DNA of 64,000 nucleotides from Myxococcota bacterium. Lineage in GTDB: Bacteria > Myxococcota_A > UBA796 > GCA-2862545. The translations under genes and the position numbers were made by a program. Positions within the stretch are counted from its first letter, which is position 1. Every line of letters starts with the position of its first letter. The notes beneath the pieces are model-generated. The model was not told the DNA's origin. It did not search any database and saw nothing but the letters and a program-made list of their open reading frames with translations. Positions 28,511-38,255 of this stretch are shown here, one piece after another. The DNA lies in contig JBCCQY010000012.1 in assembly GCA_039208735.1 (NCBI GenBank), positions 1 to 64,000 of the forward strand. Direction: 5' to 3'.

Positions 28511-29233
28511 TTACGGCGAGGCGGCTTCCTCATCGGGTGTGACCTCGCGCCAGACCAGCGTGATCGTCGCCACGTAGGGGTCGATCTCTTCTAGGCCTTC
28601 GGTGTCTGACGAGAATTGTCGGTCGCCCCCGCTCAGGATCGCTTGGGCCGCTTTGGACCAGTGGGTGTCGCCACGCTTGGGCTGATGGCGCGGCTGAGTG
28701 CCTACGGCCAGGCGGAAGCTTGACTCCCTGACGGGCGTGGCCACCACGGTGCCCCCCCAATCCCATCCGTAGCCGTAGAGCTTGAAGTCACCGAGCGCCG
28801 CTCGCAGATCACCGAGGCTCGCGCCTAACTGTAGGCCGTTGTCCGTGCGGTAGGCCTCGCCGAGCACCTGAATGCGGTCGACGGTGGTGCCATCGGTCTT
28901 CAAACGCAACGCATAGGGCGTACCGCCAAGCACCTCGAGACCCGGCGCAAACATCCCTTCGCCCAGGTCGAATTTCGTTTCCGTGATGGCCGCTTCGCCA
29001 AGCTTTTCGACGAGCATGGCGCGGGTGGTGTCGTGTCCAATGAAGCCAACGCCAGTCGTTGAAACGATGGGTTCAATCGGTGCATCAACGGGGATCGCTA
29101 AGGGTTGCGAGGCTGGGTTTTCGGTGGGCGCTTCGGATGGGACGACTTCGGGGGCTGCCTCGACGGCGGCTTCGCCAGGGGCTGGATCGACCAGGGTTTC
29201 CGTCCCGCACGCAGCGAGCGTTAGCCAAAGCAT
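28511..29233 (-). CDS. Hypothetical lipoprotein
   Basis: GGAGG RBS; MLWLTLAAC; Pro/Glu linker; 'GYGWDWGG' motif. Confidence 0.75.
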   Translation of the reverse strand: MLWLTLAACGTETLVDPAPGEAAVEAAPEVVPSEAPTENPASQPLAIPVDAPIEPIVSTTGVGFIGHDTTRAMLVEKLGEAAITETKFDLGEGMFAPGLEVLGGTPYALRLKTDGTTVDRIQVLGEAYRTDNGLQLGASLGDLRAALGDFKLYGYGWDWGGTVVATPVRESSFRLAVGTQPRHQPKRGDTHWSKAAQAILSGGDRQFSSDTEGLEEIDPYVATITLVWREVTPDEEAASP

Positions 29234-29250
29234 GACGCCTCCCCCGGGCG

Positions 29251-30804
29251 TCAGCGATGTGCCGCCCATCCTTGGCGGTAGTAGCGGGCGAGCACGGGTT
29301 CGGAAAGGCGATTGACCTGAACCGGGCGCCGGGCCATGTCGGCCGGAAAGTCCCACATGCTCGAAATCGTGGCTTTGGTCAAGAATTTTGCATCATCCGG
29401 TACGGAGAGGGTGCGGACATCCACCCCGGTTTCGGTGACCAACACAAAGCCCCATTCCCCAAACGTGGGGACCTGGACATGCCCGGGATGGACGGTTCGG
29501 GCGAGCGGGGCTTCGGCGACCGCCGCCTCTAGGGTGGTGGCGATGCACCAAAACGCATCGGGTGCGTAGAACGGGCTGGTTGCCTGGGTGACCAGGGCGC
29601 CACGGGGGGCTAAGCGCTCGAGGGCCAAGCGATACGTGGATTGAGCGTAGAGCCTGGCAAGCTGCGGATCGTTGGGGTCAGGGAGATCGATGAGGATCAC
29701 ATCGTACAGATCCTCGGTCGAGCGAAGCCACGCGATGGCGTCCGCGGCATGGGTGGTGACGCGTGCATCCCGCAGCGCACCTTGATTGAGTTCAGACAAC
29801 CGAGGGTGATCGCGAAACAGCGCCATGACCTCGGGATCCAGGTCCACAAGGTCGACGTGCACGACGCCAGGATGGGTGAGGACCCGCTGCACGGCCAGCC
29901 CGTCGCCTCCCCCCAAGATGAGCACCCGACCGGGTCGAGGCGTAGCCGCAAGGGCGGGAAACACGAGGGTTTCGTGGTAGCGGTATTCGTCCATCGTGGC
30001 GAACTGCAGGTGCCCATTGAGGTACAGACGAACATCGTCTCGCCAACGGGTGACCACCAGCCGCTGGTACGGGGTGTCCTTGGCCACGAGGATGTCGGAC
30101 TCATACAGTTGATCTTCGAGGAAGGTCGAGGTTGCACCTCCCGTCCAGAACACACCGAGCAATCCAGCCAGGACCGCGCTGCTCGTGACGGTAAGGCCCA
30201 CCGTGCGTTCTCCACGAAGCAAGACCCGGATGGCCACCAAGGCGACCACCGCGTTCAGGCCACCAAACAGGGCCGCCGCACGTACGCTGCCGAGGTAGGG
30301 CAGCAAGAGCAGGGGGAAGGCCACGGATCCGACGAGTGCGCCAAGGTAGTCGACCGCAAGCACCTGACTGATGGCCAGCCGAATGGTCAAGGTCTGCTTG
30401 AAGATCCGCAGCAGTAGCGGAATCTCAGCCCCTGACGCGATGCCCACGAGCCCGCAAATGACGGCAACGACCAGTGGATAGCCTTCGTCGAGGGTGGCAT
30501 AGGCGGCAAACATGAGGAGTCCCGAGGTTCCTCCCACCACCGCTGCGAGGAGTTCCGCCCATACGAAGGCGCGCCCCAACTGGGGGTCATCGACGTATTG
30601 GGCGAGCCACGCGCCCACGCCCATCGCGAACAGGGTCCAGCCGATGACCAGGGAGAACACCAGCACCGACCCGCCCAGGAGGTAGGTCGACAGTGTTCCT
30701 GCCACCAGTTCGTAGACGAGGCCGGCAATGGCGACCCCGAAAACGGAGGCGAGGAGGACCAGTTCGCGTGCAGAAGCGCCCCGGGAACCCGGGCTACTTT
30801 CCAC
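29251..30804 (-). CDS. speE: Membrane-bound polyamine aminopropyltransferase (spermidine synthase)
   Basis: 7-TM N-terminus (GLVYEL), DEYRYHE, ILGGGDGL, VDLDP, IDLPDP, QATSP. Confidence 0.92.
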   Translation of the reverse strand: MESSPGSRGASARELVLLASVFGVAIAGLVYELVAGTLSTYLLGGSVLVFSLVIGWTLFAMGVGAWLAQYVDDPQLGRAFVWAELLAAVVGGTSGLLMFAAYATLDEGYPLVVAVICGLVGIASGAEIPLLLRIFKQTLTIRLAISQVLAVDYLGALVGSVAFPLLLLPYLGSVRAAALFGGLNAVVALVAIRVLLRGERTVGLTVTSSAVLAGLLGVFWTGGATSTFLEDQLYESDILVAKDTPYQRLVVTRWRDDVRLYLNGHLQFATMDEYRYHETLVFPALAATPRPGRVLILGGGDGLAVQRVLTHPGVVHVDLVDLDPEVMALFRDHPRLSELNQGALRDARVTTHAADAIAWLRSTEDLYDVILIDLPDPNDPQLARLYAQSTYRLALERLAPRGALVTQATSPFYAPDAFWCIATTLEAAVAEAPLARTVHPGHVQVPTFGEWGFVLVTETGVDVRTLSVPDDAKFLTKATISSMWDFPADMARRPVQVNRLSEPVLARYYRQGWAAHR

Positions 30805-30982
30805 CGCGGAGGCCCCCTCCGAGGATGAGGCGGCCCGCCATGGGGTTCGCCTGTCGGACGCTCACTTGTTCGTGCAGTTCGCGGTCCATCATGAAGGAGG
30901 ACCGCGCCAACGCAGCCGCTCCAAACGTGGCTCCGCCGCCCAACACCGACACGATGAGCAGCTGTCTGATGAGGCGGCTCAT
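30794..30982 (-). CDS. Small membrane protein ending in Gly-rich GGK
   Basis: 62 aa, GGAGG RBS, overlaps both neighbours, ends 'SVRQANP...GGGLRGGK'. Confidence 0.7.
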   Translation of the reverse strand: MSRLIRQLLIVSVLGGGATFGAAALARSSFMMDRELHEQVSVRQANPMAGRLILGGGLRGGK

Positions 30983-32853
30983 GCTTCCTCCTTCCGCTTG
31001 GCTTCGAAGCCCATCCACGCGAACGCCATGCCAGCGGCGAGGATGCCGAACGCCAACATCACCAGCAAGTGGTAACGCGACATGTAGGCCCCCTGTGTGA
31101 CCACGACGTCGACACTCACCGGGCGGTCGTACTCGAGGCTGGCTTCAAGGGCGTAGGTTCCTGGCGGAGGAGCAGCCAAATACTTGGTGGAACGCCGGTT
31201 CCCTTCCGACCAGGATTCTCCGCCTTCCACGCCCGAGTAGTACCCAACCTCGCGACCGAGGTAGCCGACCGGCACTTCGCCGTTTGCGTCCACCCAATCA
31301 AGGTCGATCCACACCCAGCTGTTGCTTACCTGGGGCGCGGCATACTTGACCACCAGCACATCACCACCGGATTCCGTAATTTCGAACGGCGGAGAAACGA
31401 CGGACCGCTCACCGGTTGCACTTGCAGGAATGGTGAATGTCGTGAGTTCCTGACCCGTTGACCCAAAGGTTGCGACCACGACGAGCAGGTTGAAGAACGC
31501 GATGAGTGCAGCGCCTACGACGTAGCCGGCTCGGCCAACCCAAGGATTGGGCTGGGCGGCGTGGACGGTGTGTTGGTCCCATTCGGTGAGCGGCTTGTCA
31601 CCGAAATCGACGACATCCTTGTCACGCGGGAGCCATTGTCCCTGGAAGATCTCGACTTCCGCGCCGTCTTCGCGCCGATCGATTTCGACGGAAAGGTAGT
31701 GGGGCGGCTCGGACAGGTCGTAGCTTGCAACGACCTCACCCACTTCGCAGGCGTAGGGCAACGCGCCATCGACGTAGGTGAGCATCTGTCGGCCTTTGGC
31801 GCGCAGCTTGAACTCCCGGCCGTCGTGCTTGATGACGTCGCCGTAGTGCGCCCGCTGGAGGTCGCGCAGCGGAGGCCCCCGGTCGATGGGGCGCGAGTAG
31901 CACAGGTGGCCATTGTCGAGTTCCAGGTACACGTAGCCGTGGTCGGGGCAGTACAGCAGGAACTCTTGGGTGACGTAGCCCTCCGGGTCTCGCCACTTCA
32001 GGCGAGCGATGACCTCGCCCTTCATGCCCTCGATGGTGCCTTCATCGCCAAGCTCGAGCATGAACCGGGTCTTGGCGACTTTGCCACGGACGACAGAACG
32101 TCCGGCCTCGTCGAGTTCGAGCACGCTGTCGCAGTTGCGACAGGTGATTTGAACCGCCCGCTCGCCCTGGTGGGGCAACACCAGGTTGGAGCCACAGTTG
32201 GCGCACTCCAACGCGGCGGCGGTCGGCGCAGCATCGACCGGGCGGTCGGGCCGAGGCGGGAACACGATCTGCTCGACGTCGATCGCACGCCCAGCAAACG
32301 CCTCGGCGCCGTCGTCGCCAAACTCCACCAGGAGCATCCGGGGACCATCCACCTCGGCGAGATCGACGTAGCGGATGTCTTCACCGGGCCTAAAGTTTCG
32401 GGGAAGCTGCCCTTCGCCACCGGTAACCCGTCCGGGGCCCGTCTCGCGGACCTCGTACAGGGCGTCGCCAAGCGGCAGCTGGTCGCCGATCATCAGGTCG
32501 GGGGTGATGGCGGGCGGCGGTTCGATCGGCCACTCAAGGGCGTAGCGCCGCTCGTCCTCGACAAGCCAGAGGTCTCGGCCTTCGGCGTCGCGTACGTACC
32601 ACTCGTCCCAGGCTCCACCTGGGTATTCGAGCTGGATGCGGCCGATGACCTCGACGGACAGGTTGGCGATGCGGCCGTTGGCGCCAACCACGATGTCGCT
32701 TTGGGGCTCGGCGACGACCGACCGTTCCCCCAGGGCCAGCACACCATCCCGATCGTAGATCGTCGAGTCGCAACGATCGCAGACGATGACCTGGATACCG
32801 GGGTTGCGCCGCTCGTGGACGGCCCCACAGTTCGGGCAGGAAAGCACGCTCAT
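30979..32853 (-). CDS. DUF4178 domain protein (two repeats, two Zn-ribbons, TMs)
   Basis: CPNC/CDRC and CANC/CRNC; 'GRIQLEY..GAWDEWY', 'GEGQLP'; C-terminal 'YYSGVEGGESWSEG'. Confidence 0.85.
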   Translation of the reverse strand: MSVLSCPNCGAVHERRNPGIQVIVCDRCDSTIYDRDGVLALGERSVVAEPQSDIVVGANGRIANLSVEVIGRIQLEYPGGAWDEWYVRDAEGRDLWLVEDERRYALEWPIEPPPAITPDLMIGDQLPLGDALYEVRETGPGRVTGGEGQLPRNFRPGEDIRYVDLAEVDGPRMLLVEFGDDGAEAFAGRAIDVEQIVFPPRPDRPVDAAPTAAALECANCGSNLVLPHQGERAVQITCRNCDSVLELDEAGRSVVRGKVAKTRFMLELGDEGTIEGMKGEVIARLKWRDPEGYVTQEFLLYCPDHGYVYLELDNGHLCYSRPIDRGPPLRDLQRAHYGDVIKHDGREFKLRAKGRQMLTYVDGALPYACEVGEVVASYDLSEPPHYLSVEIDRREDGAEVEIFQGQWLPRDKDVVDFGDKPLTEWDQHTVHAAQPNPWVGRAGYVVGAALIAFFNLLVVVATFGSTGQELTTFTIPASATGERSVVSPPFEITESGGDVLVVKYAAPQVSNSWVWIDLDWVDANGEVPVGYLGREVGYYSGVEGGESWSEGNRRSTKYLAAPPPGTYALEASLEYDRPVSVDVVVTQGAYMSRYHLLVMLAFGILAAGMAFAWMGFEAKRKEEA

Positions 32854-33066
32854 TTAGGTGATGCTAGCCGCTACGATGATGGCAATGCCAATAAACATCG
32901 AGCCGATGATGATGCCAACCGCGACGTTCTGGTCCTCCTCTACCTCCTTCTTGAGGGAGAATGGCGAGAGGTAGGCTGCGGCGACGAGCGACATTCCAAA
33001 GAGGAACAATCCGAGGAAAGTGTACGCCAGCGTCACGGCGAACACATCGAGGCTCAATTCGTTCAC
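32854..33066 (-). CDS. DUF350 domain small membrane protein
   Basis: 'PFSLKKEVEEDQNVAVGII...IAIIVAASI'. Confidence 0.88.
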   Translation of the reverse strand: MNELSLDVFAVTLAYTFLGLFLFGMSLVAAAYLSPFSLKKEVEEDQNVAVGIIIGSMFIGIAIIVAASIT

Positions 33067-33132
33067 GGAAGCTCCTGGGGTCGCATCGGACGTCCGTCCC
33101 CGTCTACTTTGAGCTTTCCAATCTGGCCACGT

Positions 33133-33939
33133 TCAGCCCGCGGTTGCGAAGGCGGCGGCGAAGAAGCTTCCTAGGCGGTCCACCGTAGATTCGGGCAGAG
33201 GCATGCGATCGAGCCGCATCAGGAACTTGGCCACGTCGTAGTGAAGCACCGACAAACTTGCTTCCCCCGACCGTCCGGTGCCGCGAAGGCGTAGAATGGT
33301 GGAGGTCCCGGTTCGATTTCGCGGCTGGCCGACGGAACCCGCGTTCAAAATGCGGACCTCGGTGCCCGTGCCATGCGACCTGGGTCCCCAGACGAGGCGG
33401 TCGGGCCCTGGGGATCGGGACCGTGGTGGATCGGTAAACAGCCGCCCGCGGTGGGTATGGCCGAAGACCCCGACGGAAAACCCCCGGCGAGCCAGGACGC
33501 CTGCGGCCTCGCGGTGCTCTTCGTCCCGGTCGACATAGCGCCAGTTCCCAAAGGGGTTGGCGTGGGCGAACAGGATCCCGTTGTCGACGTGTTCGCGTAC
33601 GAACGGCAAGGTCCTTAGCCAAGCGGCAGCTGCGCCATCGGTCTCGATGCGTTCGCACGTCCAGTCAATGGTCGCGCGCAGCCAGTCGGGAACACGATGG
33701 TACGAGGGCGGAGGCGTCCCCGCGAGCAAGCCGAGGTACAGCTCGTCGTGGTTGCCAAGTACCCAATGCGACACGTCGGAACGTTCCGAGAGCCTGTCGA
33801 GGACCGCACAGGGGTCAGGGCCGTAGGTGAGCAGGTCGCCTAAAATGATGATGGGCGCTGGGTCCGCATCGACTTGGGCGAGCGCCGCGTCGAGGGCCGC
33901 GCGATTGGCGTGAATGTCGCTTAGGACCCAGGCGTTCAC
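33133..33939 (-). CDS. Metallophosphoesterase family protein
   Basis: SDIHAN, LGDLLTYG, GNHD, FGHTH, NAGSVGQPR. Confidence 0.92.
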   Translation of the reverse strand: MNAWVLSDIHANRAALDAALAQVDADPAPIIILGDLLTYGPDPCAVLDRLSERSDVSHWVLGNHDELYLGLLAGTPPPSYHRVPDWLRATIDWTCERIETDGAAAAWLRTLPFVREHVDNGILFAHANPFGNWRYVDRDEEHREAAGVLARRGFSVGVFGHTHRGRLFTDPPRSRSPGPDRLVWGPRSHGTGTEVRILNAGSVGQPRNRTGTSTILRLRGTGRSGEASLSVLHYDVAKFLMRLDRMPLPESTVDRLGSFFAAAFATAG

Positions 33940-34811
33940 GAAGCTTCCTCGGCGAGTAGACGCCCCAGGCCCACACTGAGGGGCGTAGGGCTGAGGTCGA
34001 GTTCCTTACGAGCCCGCGCAATGTCGAGGGTGGCAAACCCGGATGACGGCCCATCGTCGGCAGGCAACGTTCGGATCGCTTCGGGGAATACCCCGATCAG
34101 GTCCACCAACGTCGCGGCCAGGGTGTGGACGCTTGTGGATTCGCCTGATCCCACGTTGAAGATCCCTTGGGCACGGAGCTGAAGGATGCGTTGCAGCGCG
34201 CGAACGACGTCGTCCACGAACACCAGATCGCTACGAAAGCGCCCGCCATCCTCGAGAACGATGGGTTCGCCATGTCGCAGCCGGTCCACGAAGACCCGCA
34301 CGACACCGCCTTTCATGTGGGGGCCGTAGATAGCGGAGGGCCGGACGATGGTCAGGGTCATGCCGGTCGCCCGGCTCGCGTGAGACGCCCACACTTCGCC
34401 GAGGAACTTGCTCGCGAGGTAGGTCGAGCCGCGGTGATCGGGAAAGACCGCGGCGTCCTCGGGGGTGGGTTGACCGGGTTGGTACACGTTCCCGGACGAG
34501 ACGTAGACCCCGTGGGGAACTCCGGCCGCGGCGGCGGCTTGGAAGAGGGCGAGGGTCCCGATCGCGTTGACCTTCAGACATTCGGCCGCTTCATCCGGAT
34601 CGTCGAAGCAGGGGGGGAGGTAGGCCGCGAGATGGACCATCGCGGAGGCGCCCTCAAGCCAGGCGGGGTCAGGCGGTGCGGGGGCGGTCCAGACGTGGTC
34701 GTTGTTCGCATGGCGACCGAGGGTCTGCACCCGAAGGCCCGAGTCGCGAAGGGCGCGCTGGAGCCGTCGTCCGAGAAACCCCGATGCGCCCGTGAGGAGC
34801 ACGGGATTCAT
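33936..34811 (-). CDS. NAD-dependent epimerase/dehydratase
   Basis: TGASGFLG, HLAA, SSGNVY, YLASK. Confidence 0.92.
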   Translation of the reverse strand: MNPVLLTGASGFLGRRLQRALRDSGLRVQTLGRHANNDHVWTAPAPPDPAWLEGASAMVHLAAYLPPCFDDPDEAAECLKVNAIGTLALFQAAAAAGVPHGVYVSSGNVYQPGQPTPEDAAVFPDHRGSTYLASKFLGEVWASHASRATGMTLTIVRPSAIYGPHMKGGVVRVFVDRLRHGEPIVLEDGGRFRSDLVFVDDVVRALQRILQLRAQGIFNVGSGESTSVHTLAATLVDLIGVFPEAIRTLPADDGPSSGFATLDIARARKELDLSPTPLSVGLGRLLAEEAS

Positions 34812-35785
34812 CGGGCGTCCCAGGCCAGTCGTTCTTGCGGTCGCACCACCGTCTCCGACCAATGACGAAGCAAAGTCATCGGTTCGACGGGGGGTCTTGT
34901 GATGGGCTCCTTCAACACGACATGGCGAAGCACCATCTCGACTTCGGGAAACCCTGCCTTATGGCGCAGAGGGGTGGTGCCCGAAAACCGAGCATTGATT
35001 TCGAAGACCTTGACGGTGTCGCCGTCCAGCCTGAACTGGAAGTTCGCTGGGCCGTAGGCCCCCAATGCCGTCGCGAGTTCGCTCACCTGGGCGTTGAGTT
35101 CGGGCCAGGGTTCGACGAACGCACGGTACGTGTTGCCGTCACGAAGGTCCCGTCGCATCACGATGGAGGCGTGGCAGACCCCATTGAAGGTCAACGTGCC
35201 CGCCGTGTACTCTTCGTCCGCGGTGGCGACGTGCTCCTGAATCACGGGATCGGCGAGGCTCGAGACCGCCCGGTCGAGTTCGGCCCGGTCATGCACGATC
35301 GACAGCCCCACCGATCGAGCCCCGACGCGCGGTTTGACGACCAAAGGAAAGCCCACCGCATCGAGAATCCGCTCTTCTTCGCCAGGAAGCCCCGAAAGCG
35401 GGGCTGCGAAGCCCCGGGACAGCAAGAAGCTGGCCGTCTGGTACTTGTCGTCGGCGATGGCTACGACTTCGGGTGATGCAACGATGATGTGAGTGCGAAA
35501 GCGTTCTTCGAGGGCATGGCGATGCGAAGCCAACACCTCGAGTTCGACATCGGTGCCAATGAGCACCGCATCCGGTTCCTCCCGACCGAGAATCTCGGAA
35601 AGGACGTCAAGGTAGGCAGGGTCGCGAGCCATGGGAACGCGATGGGCTCGGTCTACCCAGTACAGACCTGCGGCGAGGGGGCTAGGGTCGACCGCGATCA
35701 GCTCAACGTTGAGGGAGGACGCCTGCAGCGCCCGGAGAATCCCCTGACCGAGCAGGGCTCCCGCACCAGTCACGAGCACCTTCAT
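34808..35785 (-). CDS. ATP-grasp domain protein (CarB-like/PylC-like)
   Basis: DDKY, FPLVVKPR.G..S, VIQE...EYT, FEINARFSG. Confidence 0.9.
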   Translation of the reverse strand: MKVLVTGAGALLGQGILRALQASSLNVELIAVDPSPLAAGLYWVDRAHRVPMARDPAYLDVLSEILGREEPDAVLIGTDVELEVLASHRHALEERFRTHIIVASPEVVAIADDKYQTASFLLSRGFAAPLSGLPGEEERILDAVGFPLVVKPRVGARSVGLSIVHDRAELDRAVSSLADPVIQEHVATADEEYTAGTLTFNGVCHASIVMRRDLRDGNTYRAFVEPWPELNAQVSELATALGAYGPANFQFRLDGDTVKVFEINARFSGTTPLRHKAGFPEVEMVLRHVVLKEPITRPPVEPMTLLRHWSETVVRPQERLAWDAR

Positions 35786-35848
35786 CGCATCCTCCGAGCC
35801 CGACCGAAGCCATCGCTCGACTATCGGTCACGATGCGACAAAGTTGAG

Positions 35849-36793
35849 TCAGTACGAGTTGACGCGTTGGGCCGCCCAGTCCCGGAACTCGGCTACCGCG
35901 CAGTTCAGCGTCCCGTCTTCGCAGGGATCGCACAACCCGCTTTCCGTGAATTCGGCGCAGAGTTCCTCGGCGTCCGCGCCCAGCGTGAGCTGTCGGAAAT
36001 CGAGGGTGCCTCGTAGCACGAGCCCCGCAAGCTGCTGTCGGTCCGGGGATAAGTCGCCCGACAGGGTGGCATTCCGGATTTCGACCGGCAGGCCGGGTCC
36101 CACGTGCAGCGGAAACACCGGTCCCGAAACGTTGAAGCCTGGGTTCGACCAACGGCCGAACAGAGGCACCGGGGGCTCCGAATCCTTGTAGATGTCGAGC
36201 GGCTGCCGGCTGGCGGTCATGCCAAAGGTCTCACTGACCGGATCGATGTTGTCGATGACGAAGCGGACTGGCCCGGTGGGACCGAAGTAGGGGCCGGCAC
36301 TGGCCGGCTGCGTGAGGGAGGCGTTGGCCGTGTTGCCCACGAACACCTGACCGAGTGCCTCTTCAGGGTTCTGCACCCGAGCTCCGATCTCGTTCGTTTG
36401 GAACTCGAAGACGACGAGCGGGTCGCAGGCGGGGGAGCGTGCGACGACCCGATGCCTCGTGAGGGGGGCAAACGGCACGTCTGGACTGAACTGCAGCCGT
36501 ATGGCGGCGGAGCTATCGGTCACGTACGTCGACCCCGAGACGGGCAGCCAGCCCGCACGAGACGAGAACATCTCGACCAACAAGTCGATCTCGAGCGCTT
36601 CGATCAACCGCTCCGGGGGGAGATCGACCGTGACCACACGATGCCGGTTGACGTCTTCTCCAATCGGACTCCAGCTCACCAACGTGGTGGTGCAAACCCA
36701 CGGAAAGCCGGTGTCCCACGGTGCAGACGGCCAATTCTGGTCAACTTCAAAGGTCCCACTGCATCCGAGAAGTGCGGACCACAAACCCAACAT
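35849..36793 (-). CDS. Hypothetical lipoprotein (Ig-like N-terminal region, Cys-rich C-terminus)
   Basis: GGAGGG RBS; MLGLWSALLGC; 'CDPCEDG..NC'. Confidence 0.7.
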   Translation of the reverse strand: MLGLWSALLGCSGTFEVDQNWPSAPWDTGFPWVCTTTLVSWSPIGEDVNRHRVVTVDLPPERLIEALEIDLLVEMFSSRAGWLPVSGSTYVTDSSAAIRLQFSPDVPFAPLTRHRVVARSPACDPLVVFEFQTNEIGARVQNPEEALGQVFVGNTANASLTQPASAGPYFGPTGPVRFVIDNIDPVSETFGMTASRQPLDIYKDSEPPVPLFGRWSNPGFNVSGPVFPLHVGPGLPVEIRNATLSGDLSPDRQQLAGLVLRGTLDFRQLTLGADAEELCAEFTESGLCDPCEDGTLNCAVAEFRDWAAQRVNSY

Positions 36794-36861
36794 GGGTTTC
36801 CCTCCCGCCCACGAGGATAGCCTCGACCGGGGCCGATGGGACAGCAAAATCGAACCCGAAG

Positions 36862-38190
36862 TTAACCGGCCGCGGCCAGGGGACGATCGAGATCGGGCAG
36901 CCTCACCCGAACCCCAGTTGTTTCACTGGGAATCGAGTCCACGTTCAGCGTGCCCTCCAGCGCCTCTGCCATTCGTCGGCACTCCGCAAGTGCTGCCTCC
37001 GGAAGCTCCATCCGAATGGGGGTTGGCGAGTCGGGTACGTTGGAGCTGATTCCTGGCACGTGAGCCACCGCCAGTTCGAGATGATGGTCCTCGATGCGCC
37101 AGTGCACGGAAACGACCCCGTTGCTCACGAGGGAGGCGGCGTTGGCTAACAGGTCTACGACCAGATGGCGGAGGCGGTGCAGGTCCGTACAGAAGCGCTG
37201 GCGTTCGGACGGGCCATCAAGCTTCAGACTGTTGCCGTTTCGTTCGAGGCGTTGGAACACGATGCCGACGGCATCCGTAATCACGCCTGCGACGTCGACC
37301 GGAGCCACCTCGAGTTCTCGGGCGTGTGGATCGATGGCCGACAACTCGATCATGCCTCCGATTCCTTCAAGCAATTGCGATGCTGCGAGGTGAATGCGCC
37401 GCAGATCATGCTGAACGCTCACCAGTTCGGTGTCTTCCAGCTCCTCAAGCACGATCTCGGCGTAGCCACGAACCGCGTTGAGCGGCGTTCGGAGTTCGTG
37501 ACTCACGGCCGCGAGCAGTCGATCGGTGGCCTCGTGGGCGGCAATCGCGCGTGCTTGAGACTCTTCGAGCTGCCGCTCGACGATGGTGAGGGTGCGTCGG
37601 AGGCGTGTGGTCCGCTCCTGCTGGGCGATAGCCGACCGATAGGCGGCGGCTCCCAGCGCGTGCAGTCCCCCGAGCGTCACGGCGAACGCCACGCTCGCCG
37701 CGACGAGTTCTACCCGTACATCGACTTCGGGGATGGGCGCGAACGAGTGCCGCAACCACAACGTGGTGACGGCCAGGGTGACCAATCCGACGCCGGACAA
37801 CCGGAATGCGGCCGGATCCACGAGGGCAACCGCCCCAACCGCGAGCCACGGTGCGCCGAGGAAGAGCACGCTGAGGGCTACCGGGGTCGAAGCCGTGAGC
37901 ACGGCAAACACGAAGCCTGCGGACGCCGCGGCAAGCCAGCCCGCCCGCCGAATGCCCCCCCGGTGCGAGCGAGCGGTCACCACCACCACCAGGGCCAACG
38001 CGACCCACGCGATGGTATCGATGGGCCGCCCTCCGAGGCTCGACGCGACGGCGCCAGCGACCAGGCCCACCGTCAGGGTCGGGGTGCCGAGGGCAAGCCA
38101 CGTGTCAATCAAGCCGCGGGTAGGTCGTCTGTTTGGAAGGAGGTCGGGAACCGCCGATGACGGGTGTGCCGGACCAGGTTCCTTCGGCAT
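36862..38190 (-). CDS. Membrane sensor histidine kinase-like protein with degenerate ATPase domain
   Basis: SHELRTPLNA H-box, N-box DLLANA; DxGxG and GxGL boxes absent. Confidence 0.8.
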   Translation of the reverse strand: MPKEPGPAHPSSAVPDLLPNRRPTRGLIDTWLALGTPTLTVGLVAGAVASSLGGRPIDTIAWVALALVVVVTARSHRGGIRRAGWLAAASAGFVFAVLTASTPVALSVLFLGAPWLAVGAVALVDPAAFRLSGVGLVTLAVTTLWLRHSFAPIPEVDVRVELVAASVAFAVTLGGLHALGAAAYRSAIAQQERTTRLRRTLTIVERQLEESQARAIAAHEATDRLLAAVSHELRTPLNAVRGYAEIVLEELEDTELVSVQHDLRRIHLAASQLLEGIGGMIELSAIDPHARELEVAPVDVAGVITDAVGIVFQRLERNGNSLKLDGPSERQRFCTDLHRLRHLVVDLLANAASLVSNGVVSVHWRIEDHHLELAVAHVPGISSNVPDSPTPIRMELPEAALAECRRMAEALEGTLNVDSIPSETTGVRVRLPDLDRPLAAAG

Positions 38191-38255
38191 GCTTCGTGTC
38201 CCGTTGTGTCACCCGCCACTTGGCGGAGCGAGGTTCGGTGCCCAGATCACGAGAT

